A stretch of DNA of 64,000 nt. It comes from Paraphysomonas bandaiensis. Its lineage: Eukaryota; Protista; Chrysophyceae. Under the pieces are notes generated by a model, which ran no database searches, had not been told where the DNA came from, and was given only the letters and a program-made list of their open reading frames with translations. The stretch lies in the NCBI GenBank assembly GCA_965644295.1, contig CBFFRP010000280.1:1-64000 (forward strand), given 5' to 3'. The stretch's first letter is position 1; each line of letters begins with the position of its first letter. Both the position numbers and the translations under genes were made by a program. Below, piece after piece: positions 35,134 to 48,445 of this stretch.

Positions 35134-37215
35134 CTATTTAATAATGCTACCATTCATGGCATATTCCTCATACTCGGCAAAAACAGTTTCAAAATCTGTC
35201 TTCAATAATTCCAAACTTTGTTCAAACTCAGGGATTGAGTGTTTTTTATCCCTCTCATAAATAACTCTAAGGCACCTTAGCATAAAAAAATAAGGAGAAA
35301 GTACGTCAAAATCGAGCGATGTCCGTTACCTGTCGAGAAGATATGGACAGGAATAAGCCTCAGCGTATCGGAAAAGGCATAACACATTATTTAAATCCGT
35401 CTACATCACGTAAATATGAAGGCTTAGAAACTCCCAAGAAATGTAATAGTACCTGTATGCACAGAAGTTTTTCACATGCATATTTCACATCCAAAACCCG
35501 GAATCTTTCAGCCAATTCCAAGATATCCTGGTCAACACAGAAAATAACACTCAGACCTACACTGAAAAGACGCCCAGTAGAACCCACCGTTACATTGTCA
35601 GCTGTGGCAACTTCACTCAGCGACCTCCCATATAGGCATTGCAAAAATGACCTGAACACTTCAGGAGAAGTACTCTCTACTTTCACAACTGCTTGGTCAC
35701 CCTCCTTGAATCGTTTAGAGAGCATTGCATGAAATACTTCTGATCGAGTGGATAGCACACATCTATGTGCGCATATAATATCTGCACTGCCCCCTACTAC
35801 GAGCCTAATGTCAGAGTAGTCTTCAGAGTCTAACAAAGCAACAAATTGAGTAGACAGAGAACTTGGGGAATACCTCCTCAGCAGTGCGACATTGGTTGAG
35901 CGACTGGCGGCATCAAATCCTTCGAATACTGAACGATGAGACGAAAGAACAACTACGTCACTATGATGGGCAACTCCGTCATGTCCTAAAATCACAAGAA
36001 GAAGACCCAGCCGTGGAAGAGATATCATGCTGTGACCGAACCGTGCCCCCAAAGTGCGCTTCAACCCAGGAATGCCCACCCACTTGCGAGACGTCAGACA
36101 GAAGGCATAGCAGTCGGAAAAATATAGGCAGTCATTATCGTCGCCGCGATCTAATGTATCCTGCTCGTCATCCAGTTCTTTGAAGCCCCAGCCTCCGTGT
36201 ATTAACAAAAAATTATCCATACAGCATGCAGCGTGAGCAAACCGTGAGTGCGGCCAAGTGTTCTGCAACCGCCGGTGCTTGGGCCGTGCCCGGTTCGAGG
36301 AGGAGGGCCTCGTATTGTCAACAAGTATACTTTCCCACTCTAGGGTGTCTAGATCCAATCTACTATCAATCAGACATGCATAGATACAAAGAAAATGCTT
36401 ACGAGTAGAAATTTTTGGAGACTGAGGCGACATGGTCCACCCAGCTAGCTCCACCAAATATCAGAGCCCTCTGATTTCCACCTCCAGAAAGAGAAGTTGT
36501 TGTCGATGTCATACCAGAGTACGGGAACGGTACTAAAGAAGGTAGTTCTGGGCGGGACCAACGCTTACTCATTCCTGATGATGGTAGATGTAACACATTG
36601 ATGTCTGCGAACGCCGTCGGCGAATGGGCGTTATCAGTGCCCCCTACCACTATCAAGCCCATATTGTCTGACAATGGGATACAAGCGTGACCTTGTCTAG
36701 CTCTGGGAGCTGTTCCTTGAATGACCTCCTCATTCCAAGTCCACGACGAGAGGTCTAGTGAGAAGACATCATTAAACACTCTCCCGTTTGTCCAGAGACT
36801 GCCACCACCAAATATGTACAGGTAATTGCCAAGTATGCATCCAGAAGACGCTGCACGGGGACATGGTTCCGTTCCTGAAGTTTTAATTAGGTGCCAAGTC
36901 ATATGTGGCACTTGGTCCGAGCTGCTGGACATGACCACATCCTCTATCGACACATGCAACACATACACATCTTGAAAATACTGAAATTGAATAATAAAAA
37001 TCATAAAAATGACTGTATTCACTCATATCTACCTGGTCTGATACTATATTATTGAACCCTCCACGACACCATCCTCCAAACACGATGATGTCCCCTGTAA
37101 ACGCAGTGCTCTTGCTGTCTATCTCTAACACCACAGAGTCTTGTCTTGGATATGGACCAGCTCCTGATGTAGTGTAATCTGATAGCTGAAGTCTATCGAG
37201 ACTATCGAGAACCAT
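35134..37215 (-). CDS. Kelch-repeat plus BTB/POZ protein (LZTR1-like architecture), multi-exon
   Basis: Kelch motifs (IIVFGGW, LYIFGGG, PRARQGHAC, SRFAHAAC..LLIHGGW). BTB motif YSDIRLVVG..ICAHRCVLSTRSEVFHAML. The last exon ends ...NGSIIK* at 35134. Confidence 0.85.
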
Positions 37216-37948
37216 AAGCGTCTATGAATCTGTATGGTAGTCGATTATGTATGTGAGACGCGAAGCTCTTAACGAGTTGGAATTTCAACGAATCATGCAT
37301 TTCATACTCCTGCTGTACTGTACTGCTGTAGCGCTGCGTACTGTTGTACTACATCTGCTGGATATGTACAGTCTGTACTGTATCAAAAGCCTAATTATTT
37401 TATGTAATAAAACTGGCAATTTTATTATGAAAACCCCCAATATCACGATCCGAAAAGAACGGTATACAACTGTAGACTGATCTGTACTACCACATCGAAT
37501 CTTCAAAGGAATAAATGGCTCCCACTCCACGCCTTGTATAGTAGCGTACATCCATCATACCGAGCAGCAGGATGCGTATGAATGGTATATTGTAGTATAT
37601 ATCTGTATCCATACATATATATACATACATAAGCAACAAGAAGACGAGAAGATTCAAAGCAATGCATTCGAATCAAGTGAGATTATACACACACACTCTT
37701 ACCACTCCAACTCATTAGTTGATAAGAACTAAATTATTTTATAGTCAACTGATTCACTTCAATACAACTGACTTGAATTACCTCACCAAACGTTACTGTA
37801 ATCTTCCCTCTGAATTTATTAATATGATCTCACGAGTTGGGATTAAGTAACTCCGTTATCCATTACATAAGAGGACTCAGAGAGATCGTATCTTCCCATA
37901 TTAATTTCTATTAAGTGTATACTGTATATATAATTTTTTTTTTGCTCA

Positions 37949-40900
37949 ATGAGTGGACGTTCACCGAAAGAGTTTCGATTAAGTGCAGATGGGGAGGAAA
38001 ATGATCCTGCTCGACATAGTAGTGTCGGTATGAATCGACCGACATGGGCCAATCCCATAGGCGGTTTATCTGAGGAAGAATATGAAGACCGAAGACGGTC
38101 TCTAGATTGCTCTGCGCTAAAGGTATCCATTCCTTCTGTGGCAACTGCAACTAAGAAACCAGGTGACACGCCCTTTACTGTGTATGTCATTCAAGTTGTT
38201 TCCGGGGCATCGCAATGGGTAAACCGCAGGAGATATTCGGATTTTTATTATGTACATCATTTAATTAAGAAGTATGTCAAAGACGAGGACCTTCCTCAAC
38301 TACCTCCAAAGCGATATTTCGGATCATCAACAGATGCTCGCTTTGTGGAGGAAAGGAGAGGTCAATTGGAAGTGTATCTGCGAAAGCTTATTTTGGACCC
38401 GCATGTTTGGGCTCGTGGAGATCTAGTACAGTTCCTCGATAATGAAAACAACACCCTTATGTTTATGTGGAATCTGGAGCGCATGCGAAAGATGCAAAAT
38501 GTAAGTGTGTTAAGGTGGATCTACTTTTATAATGTAATATGACGTAGATGTTGGGGAATATGACGGTAGAGAACAAAAATCAAACTGAGAAACTCTCCGC
38601 TGAATTGGAGAATGCAAAGTCTGAGGTATTACTGTAGCCACTGTTTTTCTAAAGGCATGACATATTCGTATCTAGGTGCGGGTACTCCGTGACCGTATAG
38701 CCCAGATGGAGATGTTTTTCATGCAGCACGCAACCGGGGTTGCATCCACGAAACTCACACCCACTGCAATGCGATCATTGAGCGGTGGTAGCGGCACCAA
38801 TTTGAAGGATATGTTACAGGCCATTGAAGAACGTGATGAGTCGGAAGAGGGGTCAAGGGAAGAGACGGAAGAGCAAGAGTACGATGGTGGCATATTTATC
38901 GAGGGTTCACCTCAGATGCCGGAGACTGAAGGAGGTGATGCATACGGCCCGGAGGAGGTGCTTGAAATACTGAAGATGACGCGTGGGTCAGATATTTCTG
39001 CATTCGACGACATGTCTATTGGCGACTTCAGCAACTCTACCGCGAACAACTCCGCTCTGTCAGCTCAAAATGCTACTCGTTCCCAAGCAAAGGAAGTAGA
39101 GGATTCGATTCAACAGCGAATGGTTAATATGTCGAAGCAGTTACAGGATGCTGTTAAACTCAGTAACGAGGTACTACCTCCCACTATTATGTTTTGTTTA
39201 TGTATCACTTATGTTCCTATAGCTGCTTGAGGAAAAGCTACAGTTGCTTCCGCGTATGGGGCCAGCATCTGTAAGTTCTGCCGGTGACTCTATCGCAGGT
39301 GAGTAGACAGTAACTGCATAGTACGGTACATAAGTGGGATTTAGGAACAGGGAGAGCTGTACAAGCTCCATACCTAGAACAACTTAGCAGCGACCAATCA
39401 CTAGATGATTCTCCATTGCTTGATGTCCTGCCACTCTACCCGGGTACTGGTTCTGGTGCACATGCAGTGGCTGTGGAGGGAGATGAGACACCAAGCACGA
39501 AGGAGCGATTGCCCTGGGTGGACAAACTTTTTGGTCGATTTGCTGAGGTAATGGTGTCTTTAGTTCCTTCACAAGAAAGTGTCAATGAGAGACTGATGGT
39601 GCTGCACTACATCCGCACTGTCATTGCCCGGTCGCTGGGTGCCCAGGTATTTCCAGTAGGAAGTTTCACAAGTCGTTCCTTCCTACCTGGTGGGGACCTT
39701 GACATAACTGCTTTTTTGACTGCCGATCAAACTGACTCGTGGTTTGTTCGTGTCAATGAGGCAATGTGCATTTCCAGTATGGGGGATGGGCCAGGCGGCT
39801 CGTATGCGATGAACGATGGAACCTATCGTCGTATATCTGTTAGAAATGTAAGCTTCATAAATGCATGGGTTAAGGTGGTTAAGGGAATCGTCAACGGTAT
39901 TGAAGTTGACATATCTGCCAATCAGATAGGTGCTCTTTATGCACAGGCTCTTGTCGACAAGATAGATGAGTACATTGGGCAGAAACACCTGTTCAAGCGA
40001 TCCGCCCTACTTGTGAAGGCTTGGTGTAAATATGAAAGTCCTCGACATACTGCTGTCGATGGTGGTGCATTCGGAGCTCGCGAGGGAAGATTGTCCACGT
40101 GGACCATTGTGGTGATGGTGATATGGATTTTTAACAAGTGTGGGCGACAGATTACTGATCCTTTCCAGGCGCTGGTCGGTTTCCTTGCTTACTTCAGTGG
40201 GTTCGAATGGGGCAGATACGCACTCACTGTACACGGACCTGTATCTGTAGAAGATCTTTCTCCAGTGAAAGATTTGAATGAGTTTTATGCCTTGCCTCTT
40301 TGTGGGGGATTTATCCCGGCGGAAGTACTAGATAGCTACAGAGACAGGTTCGCGAAAACTAAGGAGGCGAGTCTGCAACGGCGCAGGGAAAAGTTGGTGG
40401 CACAAGCACAGTCTCAACATACTGACGAATCGGAAACGTCTGGAGTGGCCAAGGCACCATCCATGGAAGAGGTAGACTCACGGTCTATGGAAGACCTCGC
40501 TGAAGAATTACGAGTACAGACTGGAATTGTATCATATAACTACTACAAAAGAGGTATCATCAACGTGATGGATCCTGTCCAGCCCAAGAATAACTGCTCT
40601 AGGGCTGTGGATATGGCTGGATTCCGGGCCATTACTGAAGCCTTTCAAATGGGTAAAGTGGCTCTTATAAAACTCTGCATGGCATGCCGGGACGATGACC
40701 ACGCCGGTTGTGATAGTATCGATGCGCCATCGAAGCCTGTTTGCGACGTTTCAGTTGTGCGGTCGTTTATGGAAGGCACTATGTCTAGGATTCAGGAAAC
40801 TAAACTTGGTGGGGGGCCTCCAGTTACTATAGCAGGACTCGAACAGGCTGGATATCCGACCCTGGACGTTTCCCGTGCTGAAATGGAGCTTGCGATGAAG

Positions 40901-42133
40901 CACGCCGAACTCATTCTCGGCGCCATTATCACACCGGAGTCTCTGGCACGTATGATTGTCTACATTATCGAGATTAAAGGGCCACAGCCAGTGGGTGAGA
41001 TCGGCAAACTGCTGCAGGAGCTTACTGGTAATGAGAACCTGTCGATGACTCTTAAGGCGAACTTCAAGGGCCTGAAGAAGGTGATTGAAGGGTTCGGGAT
41101 GCTTTTTACGCTAGGAGGAGACCACCCTTTTAACCCTTTCGTACACCTTTCTGAGACATACATTAACCGACGGAACGAGTGCTGGTATGACGACTCAGGG
41201 TTATCAGACTTGTACGTCTTCGACTCTACAGTGGCATCACACTCAAACAAAAACAGAACCACGCCCAACAGTCCCGCATCTTCTGGTCAATCCTCACAAG
41301 ATCCCCCATTTGTTCCTTTAGTCAAGGGCATGAAAGCACATAGCTTTAGAGAGGGACAGGGTCACGCCCACATCGACAGGGGTGATGTGAAGCGATCAGG
41401 ATCCCTCAGCTCAGCTCCGACGGGGCTAGGAATCGCGAGTGGCCTCTCTGTGGTGACTGGTGGTAAAGGAGGCATTACACAGGGGTCGCCGGGGGGTCAA
41501 ACCAGAGGTAAAGGTAAAGGCAAAAATTCTGGAGGAAAGTCTCCAAGCAACCAAAGCCAGCAGTTTCCTCCGAGGCACTCGAAACAGCATCATCAACACC
41601 AACAGTTCCTCCAACAACAGTTCTTCCAGCAACAACAGTATCAGCAACATATGCAGTATCAAAATTTGCAGTACCAGCAGTACTTGCAGCACCTCCAACA
41701 ACAGCAACAGGTGGTGCCTGGTACAGGCGGGGTGCAGGTGCTAGAAGATAGATCCGGGTCTGCCCCACCACCACTTCCACCTGGATATGGCCCCTATGTA
41801 GCTGGATTACAGCACCAGCAGCAGTACCCGGTCATGTTTGCACCACCAGTACAGGCTGGAAGTCCTGATGCTATGGGGGGAGGGCCGCCGGGGTATTACC
41901 CTTGGCCTCCACAGCATATGCAGCAGCACAGTGGGGGCTCTGGCCCAGAAGGCACGATGACGCCGCCTGCTCCCATGATGGTACACCCTGAACTTCAACA
42001 GCAGTATGGAGGAATGTACTACTCAGCATCTGCCCAATCTTCAACTCATCCGCAGTCAACCCAGCAGGAGGCTGCTACGCAAAAAGTTGACGGTAGCCAG
42101 CAGCAGTCGGAAGGCGAACCAGCTGAGTCGTGA
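37949..42133 (+). CDS. PX domain, coiled coil, non-canonical poly(A)/nucleotidyltransferase (PAP/OAS1-SBD type), LOTUS/OST-HTH-like domain and Q/P-rich tail; 5 exons
   Basis: Exons 37949-38500, 38548-38625, 38676-39170, 39223-39298 and about 39345-42133 splice in frame. PX motif: FTVYVIQV..RRRYSDF..LPQLPPK..FVEERRGQLEVYL. NTase motifs: VFPVGSFTSRSFLPGGDLDI, EVDISAN and HLFKRSALLVKAWCKYES. Confidence 0.85.
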
Positions 42134-42545
42134 TACGATACCTACGAGTGAGTTACTTTGCAATAGTTGTTTTATCGGCATAGATTGCATAGAATTATGT
42201 TGGGTTTTCCTTATTTAGTGGTAGATAGATTTATTTAGTGCGCTTTAAATGATATGAATAAGGGCCGAGTTCGGTAACACTTTGTGCAGAGAAGAATATG
42301 AATAAGGACCGAGTTCGGTAAATCTTTGTGTAGAGAAGAAATATAATCCTAACAAAACGTGTTTAACACGACCAGACACTGAGCCACTGTTGTGAGTTGT
42401 GAACATCCTTCCGCTCCATTTGTCCGACACTCTTGTTCGATTTTGACACAACTTTAGGGATTACTATAAGCTGTTCAACACACAGCCCACGATTAATGTA
42501 TTTAAAGATTACAATAAATAATAAATTTCGCAGTATCATTTATGT

Positions 42546-43344
42546 CAGGGATAGGGAACAATATATTGCAATACTATTGTTAGATAGTGTTCCATCAATA
42601 CTATTGATGGATTTTTTTAACCGGTCCTACAATACAATTACAATATATTGCAATATATTGTCAATGTATTGCAATATATTAGTATGACTACTCAGTAGGT
42701 AAACACATCCGTAGATTTCATTTTTAGTAGTAGTCATTAAGATCACATGACAACCAAACCAACTGCTGCTTATAGCTACTAAAAATCCACCTCGTCCTCA
42801 TCCTCTGAGCCATCATCGGTGAGGTCAACATCAACATATTCATCCACAGAATTAATTGAAATATGCTAGTATCCGGCCATAACTGTCGAATAGCTTTCAG
42901 AAACAACAGCATATTAAGTAGGATGGATACTTTTGCGAAACACTGATATAATATGTTTAGTTGCGCTGAACAGACGCTCCCATGTATTGGAAGTACATAC
43001 CAGGGCCAGGCAACCGTTAATAACTCGTGGATCTGTACGTTTCTTAATATTTTGAGCTGACTGAAGATTTTTAGTCGCATTGTCAACATCAGCTTCATTA
43101 TCCTTTGTAATGTTGTAATCAATTTCTCGGTTATTTATATCCATTTTGCACCCTACAGTTGAGAATCTTCTCTTATATGACTATCATAATATTGATTGCA
43201 ATGTATTGCAATAGTATTGTGAGCTCTTTTAACAGAAACACTATTGATGGAATATTTGACCAGTCCACCAATCAGTATATTTTACAATATATTGCAATAT
43301 ATTGTACAATGTATTGCAATACAATATATTGTTCCCTATCCCTG
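42546..43344 (-). mobile_element. Non-autonomous hAT element (internal deletion derivative)
   Basis: 23-bp TIR CAGGGATAGGGAACAATATATTG and 8-bp TSD ATTTATGT. Remnant of the hAT dimerisation domain: TSNTWERLFSATKHIISVFRKSIHP / MLLFLKAIRQLW. Confidence 0.93.
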
Positions 43345-44284
43345 ATTTATGTTCACCTCAAACACTATCGACAAGTCAAGCTAAATATATTCGCTATATC
43401 TTGAATTCAAATGTGTATGTAAGGTGCTATGCACATATGGGTTGGAATTCGTATGGTTCTCTAAGATAGTACTGTAGAATGCGTTAAATACAATGTGAAA
43501 AACAGTAATACGTAGTCAGTAGTCAAAGGTGCTATATAGCTATAACAGTGAAACTGAAGTATTATATCATGACGATTCAAGATACGGAAGTTGAGCAGTG
43601 GTTGACATGAACGAAATAATTTATCATGTTGTTGACATGTGTTACATGACAACACATACAATTGTGTATACAATTATAATAAAGTAATCTATCTAGTTTG
43701 ACTAACTTAAACTTCTCTTACAACGATCTTAATCATCTGAAAATGGTCAATTATCAATAATATGCACACGCACTGCAGATTGTGCTATCGCTTGCATTTG
43801 AATATTTAATATACCATTGCAAATTTTATCACCATTTGGGATAAACTGTTTCGCTAGCCTACGAATAGTGAGAGTAGTAATACAATATTCTTAATTATTA
43901 TAATGGTAACGCCAAGGAATTGAAGAAAAATTATATTTATGGGATAAACATTTGGTTGGAATAACTCATATTCAGGGTTTATTTTCTGTTCGTTCATGTT
44001 CATGTATAATTTTAGATTATTGGATAGGACTATTACTCAGACACAATTAACTAGCTTATAGAAATAGGGGCTAGCACATACAAAAGCTTTTCTTAATACA
44101 CTTTTCTTTTCTAATATCCGATAACCTCTCTCTTAGGACATTAAAATTTAGTTTCTTACCATATGTACTTTACAACGAAATTTGTCTTAGATGACTAAAC
44201 ACTTTAGCATGTATTGTTTAGACCTATTATTGCTACTTATAGACATACGTAAATAGTGTTATACAACAACTTTTTGCGTCAATA

Positions 44285-45480
44285 CCACTCATAGCCATAT
44301 GCTTGTGTCGAACAAGGGACACTAATTAGCTAATTAGTGCCTCTTGTGTAGACGTCTTGGTCCTGACGAATAAACAGGCATCCGGAAATGGACCCACCTC
44401 AAGGGTGTCCGGGACTGGGCCCAACTGAAGGGTAACCGGGGTTTTGGGCTGCCTGCTGAAGTCAAGCATCCGGGATGTTCACCATTAGGACTCAAAAAAC
44501 CTGATGGTAGCAGATGTCAGGTATATCAACATTCTGTTTGCTCACGACGTTTGCTTTGAGCGCTAGAGCGGAGGTGGTTGCATCTTGGTGCTTGCGGTGA
44601 CGCACAAGCAGCCTATGTAGCGTTAAATAGTAGGATAATAGAGTTACAGGTAGACGTCTATCTAGCTCAGGGATAGGGAACAATATATTGCAATACTATT
44701 GTTAGATAGCGTTCCATCAATACTTTTGATGGATTTTTAAAACCGGTCCTACAATACAATTACAATATATTGCAATATATTGTCAATGTATTGCAATATA
44801 TTAGTATGACTAATCAGTAGGTAAACACATCCGTAGATTTCATTTTTAGTATTAGTCATTAAGATTACATGACAACCAAACTAACTGCTGCTTATAGCTA
44901 CTAAATATCCTCTGAGCCATCATCGGTGACGTCAACATCACCATATTCATCCACAGAATTAATTGAAATATGCTAGTATCCGGCCATAACTGTCGAATAG
45001 CTTTCAGAAACAACAGCATATTAAGTAGGATGGATACTTTTGCGCAACACTGATATAATATGTTTAGCTGTGCTGAACAGACGCTCCCATGTATTGGAAG
45101 TACATACCAGGGCCAGGCAACCGTTAATGACTCGTGGATCTGTACGTTTCTTAATTTTTTGAGATGACTGAAGGTTTTTAGTCGCATTGTCAACATCAGC
45201 TTCATTATCCTTTGTAATGTTGTAATCAATTTCTCGGTTATTTATATCCATTTTGCACCCTACAGTTGAGAATCTTCTCTTATATGACTATCATAATATT
45301 GATTGCAATATATTGCAATAGTATTGTGAGCTCTTTTAACAGAAACACTATTGATGGAATATTTGACCAGTCCACCAATCAATATATTGTTCCCTATCCC
45401 TGATCTAGCTTGACTAGTTTCATCTAGCTACTAAGCTGGTACTGATTCTTAACGCCTATTGCTAATGATAAGACTCTCAA
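44285..45480 (+). mobile_element. 5'-truncated copy of the 19.4-kb SINE-like repeat, interrupted by a hAT element
   Basis: 44285-44667 and 45403-45480 join to match 19505-19975. Confidence 0.8.
44668..45402 (-). mobile_element. Second non-autonomous hAT element copy, nested
   Basis: Same TIRs as the first copy, 8-bp TSD ATCTAGCT on both sides, and high similarity to 42546-43344 with small deletions. Confidence 0.93.
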
Positions 45481-45703
45481 GAGAATTTCATATAAAATAG
45501 CCATCTCAAGTGACCAAAAATACAGAATTCACGAAGGACTACCTATTTGCTTGTCAAGCTTTTCCAGAATATTATACTATTTATACAATATATTTTTTAA
45601 CATTACTAATAGCAAACACATGGAGCACACACCCCTGCACATACAGCACAACGCAAAAACGCGGTCCCTAAAAGTGCAGACAAGGCCAATCTTAAATATA
45701 TTA

Positions 45704-46533
45704 TCACAAATCATTATGTATATGCTCAACTTGTCCTTGTCTGATCAAAGGCTCTACATCAGATCTGACATAACAACCAAAAGTGAATTCAACAGAGTTG
45801 AGTATACTTAACACTAACCGTCGTAAAAAATGCGTGGATCCTGCATCAAGATTTACCGGTCCATTTTCGGTCATGATCTCACCACAGTTCTGTAGTGCCC
45901 GCACTTCGATCAAAAGGTCCCGTGGTGGCTGCAACTGCATGTTAGAGCGATACATATATTGCAGAAATAATATACACCTCCAGGTCAGAAGTGAGGTCTA
46001 TGTCCAACTCAGTACAGTAGTCTGTCAGAATGGAATTATATACCGCAAAAAAGTCATTCTCTCGAGGTGAAAGTTTCCGACTGCGCAGTGTTAGTAGATA
46101 AACTCCGCGAAATTACACTGAAGGAGTTACCTGATGTGTTCGGGTAGCACAGCTCCTGTTTCGAATCTCAGGTTACGAATACGATTCATCCGATGTGTCA
46201 AATATGCCAACAAATATCTTTGATTTCTGTGTATACATTCTTCGATAAAGACAATCGTGATTTTCTCCTCCGGCAGAAGATCATCAGTGCTCATTCTGTC
46301 TAATAGTTTAGTGAAGAGATCGTTTATTTCCTGCAACAGCACTGTATTTACGGTATTACAGTAACATAATAATGCCATACATACATTGATCACATATCTA
46401 ATGCCGTTCTCATCATACGGAGGGAGCCAGTCGGATCTCTAGACAGTTATGTATATTAATACACTCCATTTATCTATTCTACTGTCACCTTAAGATCCAG
46501 TAGAAGGTCTCTTCCTTTCTGGCAATGAAGCAT
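45704..46533 (-). CDS. GINS1: DNA replication complex GINS subunit PSF1, multi-exon
   Basis: MLHCQKGRDLLLDLK|RSDWLPPYD..., HRNQRYLLAYLTHRMNRIRNLR, DLTSDLE|PPRDLLIEVRALQNCGEIMTENG..HFLRR|SDVEPLIRQG. Confidence 0.92.
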
Positions 46534-46645
46534 TCTATATGAGTTGTGATAGTGGTGCAAGCGGCAGGTCGAGGAGTCTGTCTGATTACATGCAACAAGG
46601 AGGCTAAGGCAGATAAAAACGTAGCTATAGGACTGTACCGCACAT

Positions 46646-47437
46646 ATACAGCAGTACATTCTCAATACAGCAGTACATTCTCAATACAGTAGTACATTCT
46701 CAATACAGCAGTACATACTCAATACAGCAGTACATTCTCAATACAGTAGTACATTCTCAATACAGCAGTACATTCTCAATACAGCAGTACATTCTCAATA
46801 CAGTAGTACATTCTCAATACAGTAGTACATTCTCAATACAGTAGTACATTCTCAATACAGTAGTACATTCTCAATACAGTAGTACATTCTCAATACAGCA
46901 GTACATTCTCAATACAGTAGTACATTCTCAATACAGCAGTACATACTCAATACAGCAGTACATTCTCAATACAGTAGTACATTCTCAATACAGCAGTACA
47001 TTCTCAATACAGCAGTACATTCTCAATACAGTAGTACATTCTCAATACAGTAGTACATTCTCAATACAGTAGTACATTCTCAATACAGTAGTACATTCTC
47101 AATACAGCAGTACATACTCAATACAGCAGTACATTCTCAATACAGTAGTACATTCTCAATACAGCAGTACATTCTCAATACAGCAGTACATTCTCAATAC
47201 AGTAGTACATTCTCAATACAGTAGTACATTCTCAATACAGTAGTACATTCTCAATACAGTAGTACATTCTCAATACAGCAGTACATTCTCAATACAGCAG
47301 TACATTCTCAATACAGTAGTACATTCTCAATACAGCAGTACATTCTCAATACAGCAGTACATTCTCAATACAGCAGTACATTCTCAATACAGTAGTACAT
47401 TCTCAATACAGCAGTACATTCTCAATACAGCAGTACA
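46646..47437. repeat. 19-bp minisatellite (CAGYAGTACATTCTCAATA), about 42 copies
   Basis: Seen directly. C/T and rare CATACTC variants define higher-order blocks. Confidence 0.97.
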
Positions 47438-47872
47438 CTGTAGTGTATACCGGTACACAGTGTACAACAGTGTAGAAAACCCTATAAATACACCGGTATA
47501 CCAGTCTGGTATACGTACCACGACATTCATACATACTTGTACTACTACTCCACCAGTACAATCTCTTCTGGGACAGAAAATGGACAGCAGTTGCAGCAGT
47601 GATCGTATTGCACATTTCCTGTAACAGTGCGCTCAAAGCAACTCTCAAGAAGTGTTTCGAGTGGAAATTGTGGTTCTCATGACTGTGAGTTCCTATATTT
47701 CACATATGCACAGCATCATGTCTGTGCCCTATGTTTTCTTTGAAGATTCTCAATCAACTTTGATGATTCTGACTTCAGGCGAAGGCCGTAAATATTTCTA
47801 CAATGACTCTTGTAATGACTGATACGAGTAGTGTTATTTTGGTGAAATTACGTGGGCAACTTAATTGTACAT

Positions 47873-48260
47873 AGTAGTGAATGTCTGATGATTTAGCAAT
47901 AGGCGTTGAGACCTTGCATCAATTAGTGGCTAGAAGAATGCTAGTCATACTAGTTAGACCACTACCCGTAACTAATCAATACAAACTCTTTTATCCTACT
48001 ATTTAACGCTACAGAAGCTGCTTGTGCGTCGCCGCAAGCACCAAGGTGCAACCACTTCCGTTCTTAGTGTGTGTTATGAGGCTCGCCATGATCGTGTGTC
48101 CTGGGACTCACCGGCGCTATTGATCTGGGGGTCTCCCTTTGGGATGGGTCTCCATTGGTTTTGGAGGGGGCTCAGCGTTCTGAATTAGGGTCTTGAGTGC
48201 ACCTAGTTCCAGATGTGTGGGTTGAGGGTGGTGGGGATTGTTGGGAGGAGGGGTAGAGAA
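47873..48260 (-). mobile_element. 5'-truncated LINE-like fragment (ORF end ...HPKGRPPDQ* plus shared 3' tail)
   Basis: The reverse strand encodes PTHLELGALKTLIQNAEPPPKPMETHPKGRPPDQ*, with the stop at 48117-48119. The tail matches 17150-17320. Confidence 0.65.
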
Positions 48261-48294
48261 CAGTGAGGATGGACATACTGTACATACAGGGGTG

Positions 48295-48445
48295 CGTATC
48301 GGCAGTCAGCATCATAGTTTTCGGAAATGAATTGAAGCAAAATTACTCTCTATTCCTGATGTACAACTACAGCGAAAATACAGATAATTATTGTCTCAAT
48401 AGTAGAGGCATATTTGAACAAAAATATACAAAGGATGCCGATGCG
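48295..48445. mobile_element. Second copy of the CGTATCGGCA-bounded MITE-like repeat
   Basis: Aligns by eye with 18771-18917. Confidence 0.6.

Noticed and set aside
31428-42133. CBASS-like pairing of TIR effector and nucleotidyltransferase
   Set aside because: They are separate eukaryotic genes with an unrelated gene between them, and the NTase motifs match non-canonical PAP-type enzymes rather than CD-NTases. Proximity alone is not evidence.
42724-45251. Duplicated 76-132 aa ORFs as genes
   Set aside because: They are frameshifted remnants of a hAT transposase C-terminus inside TIR-bounded elements.
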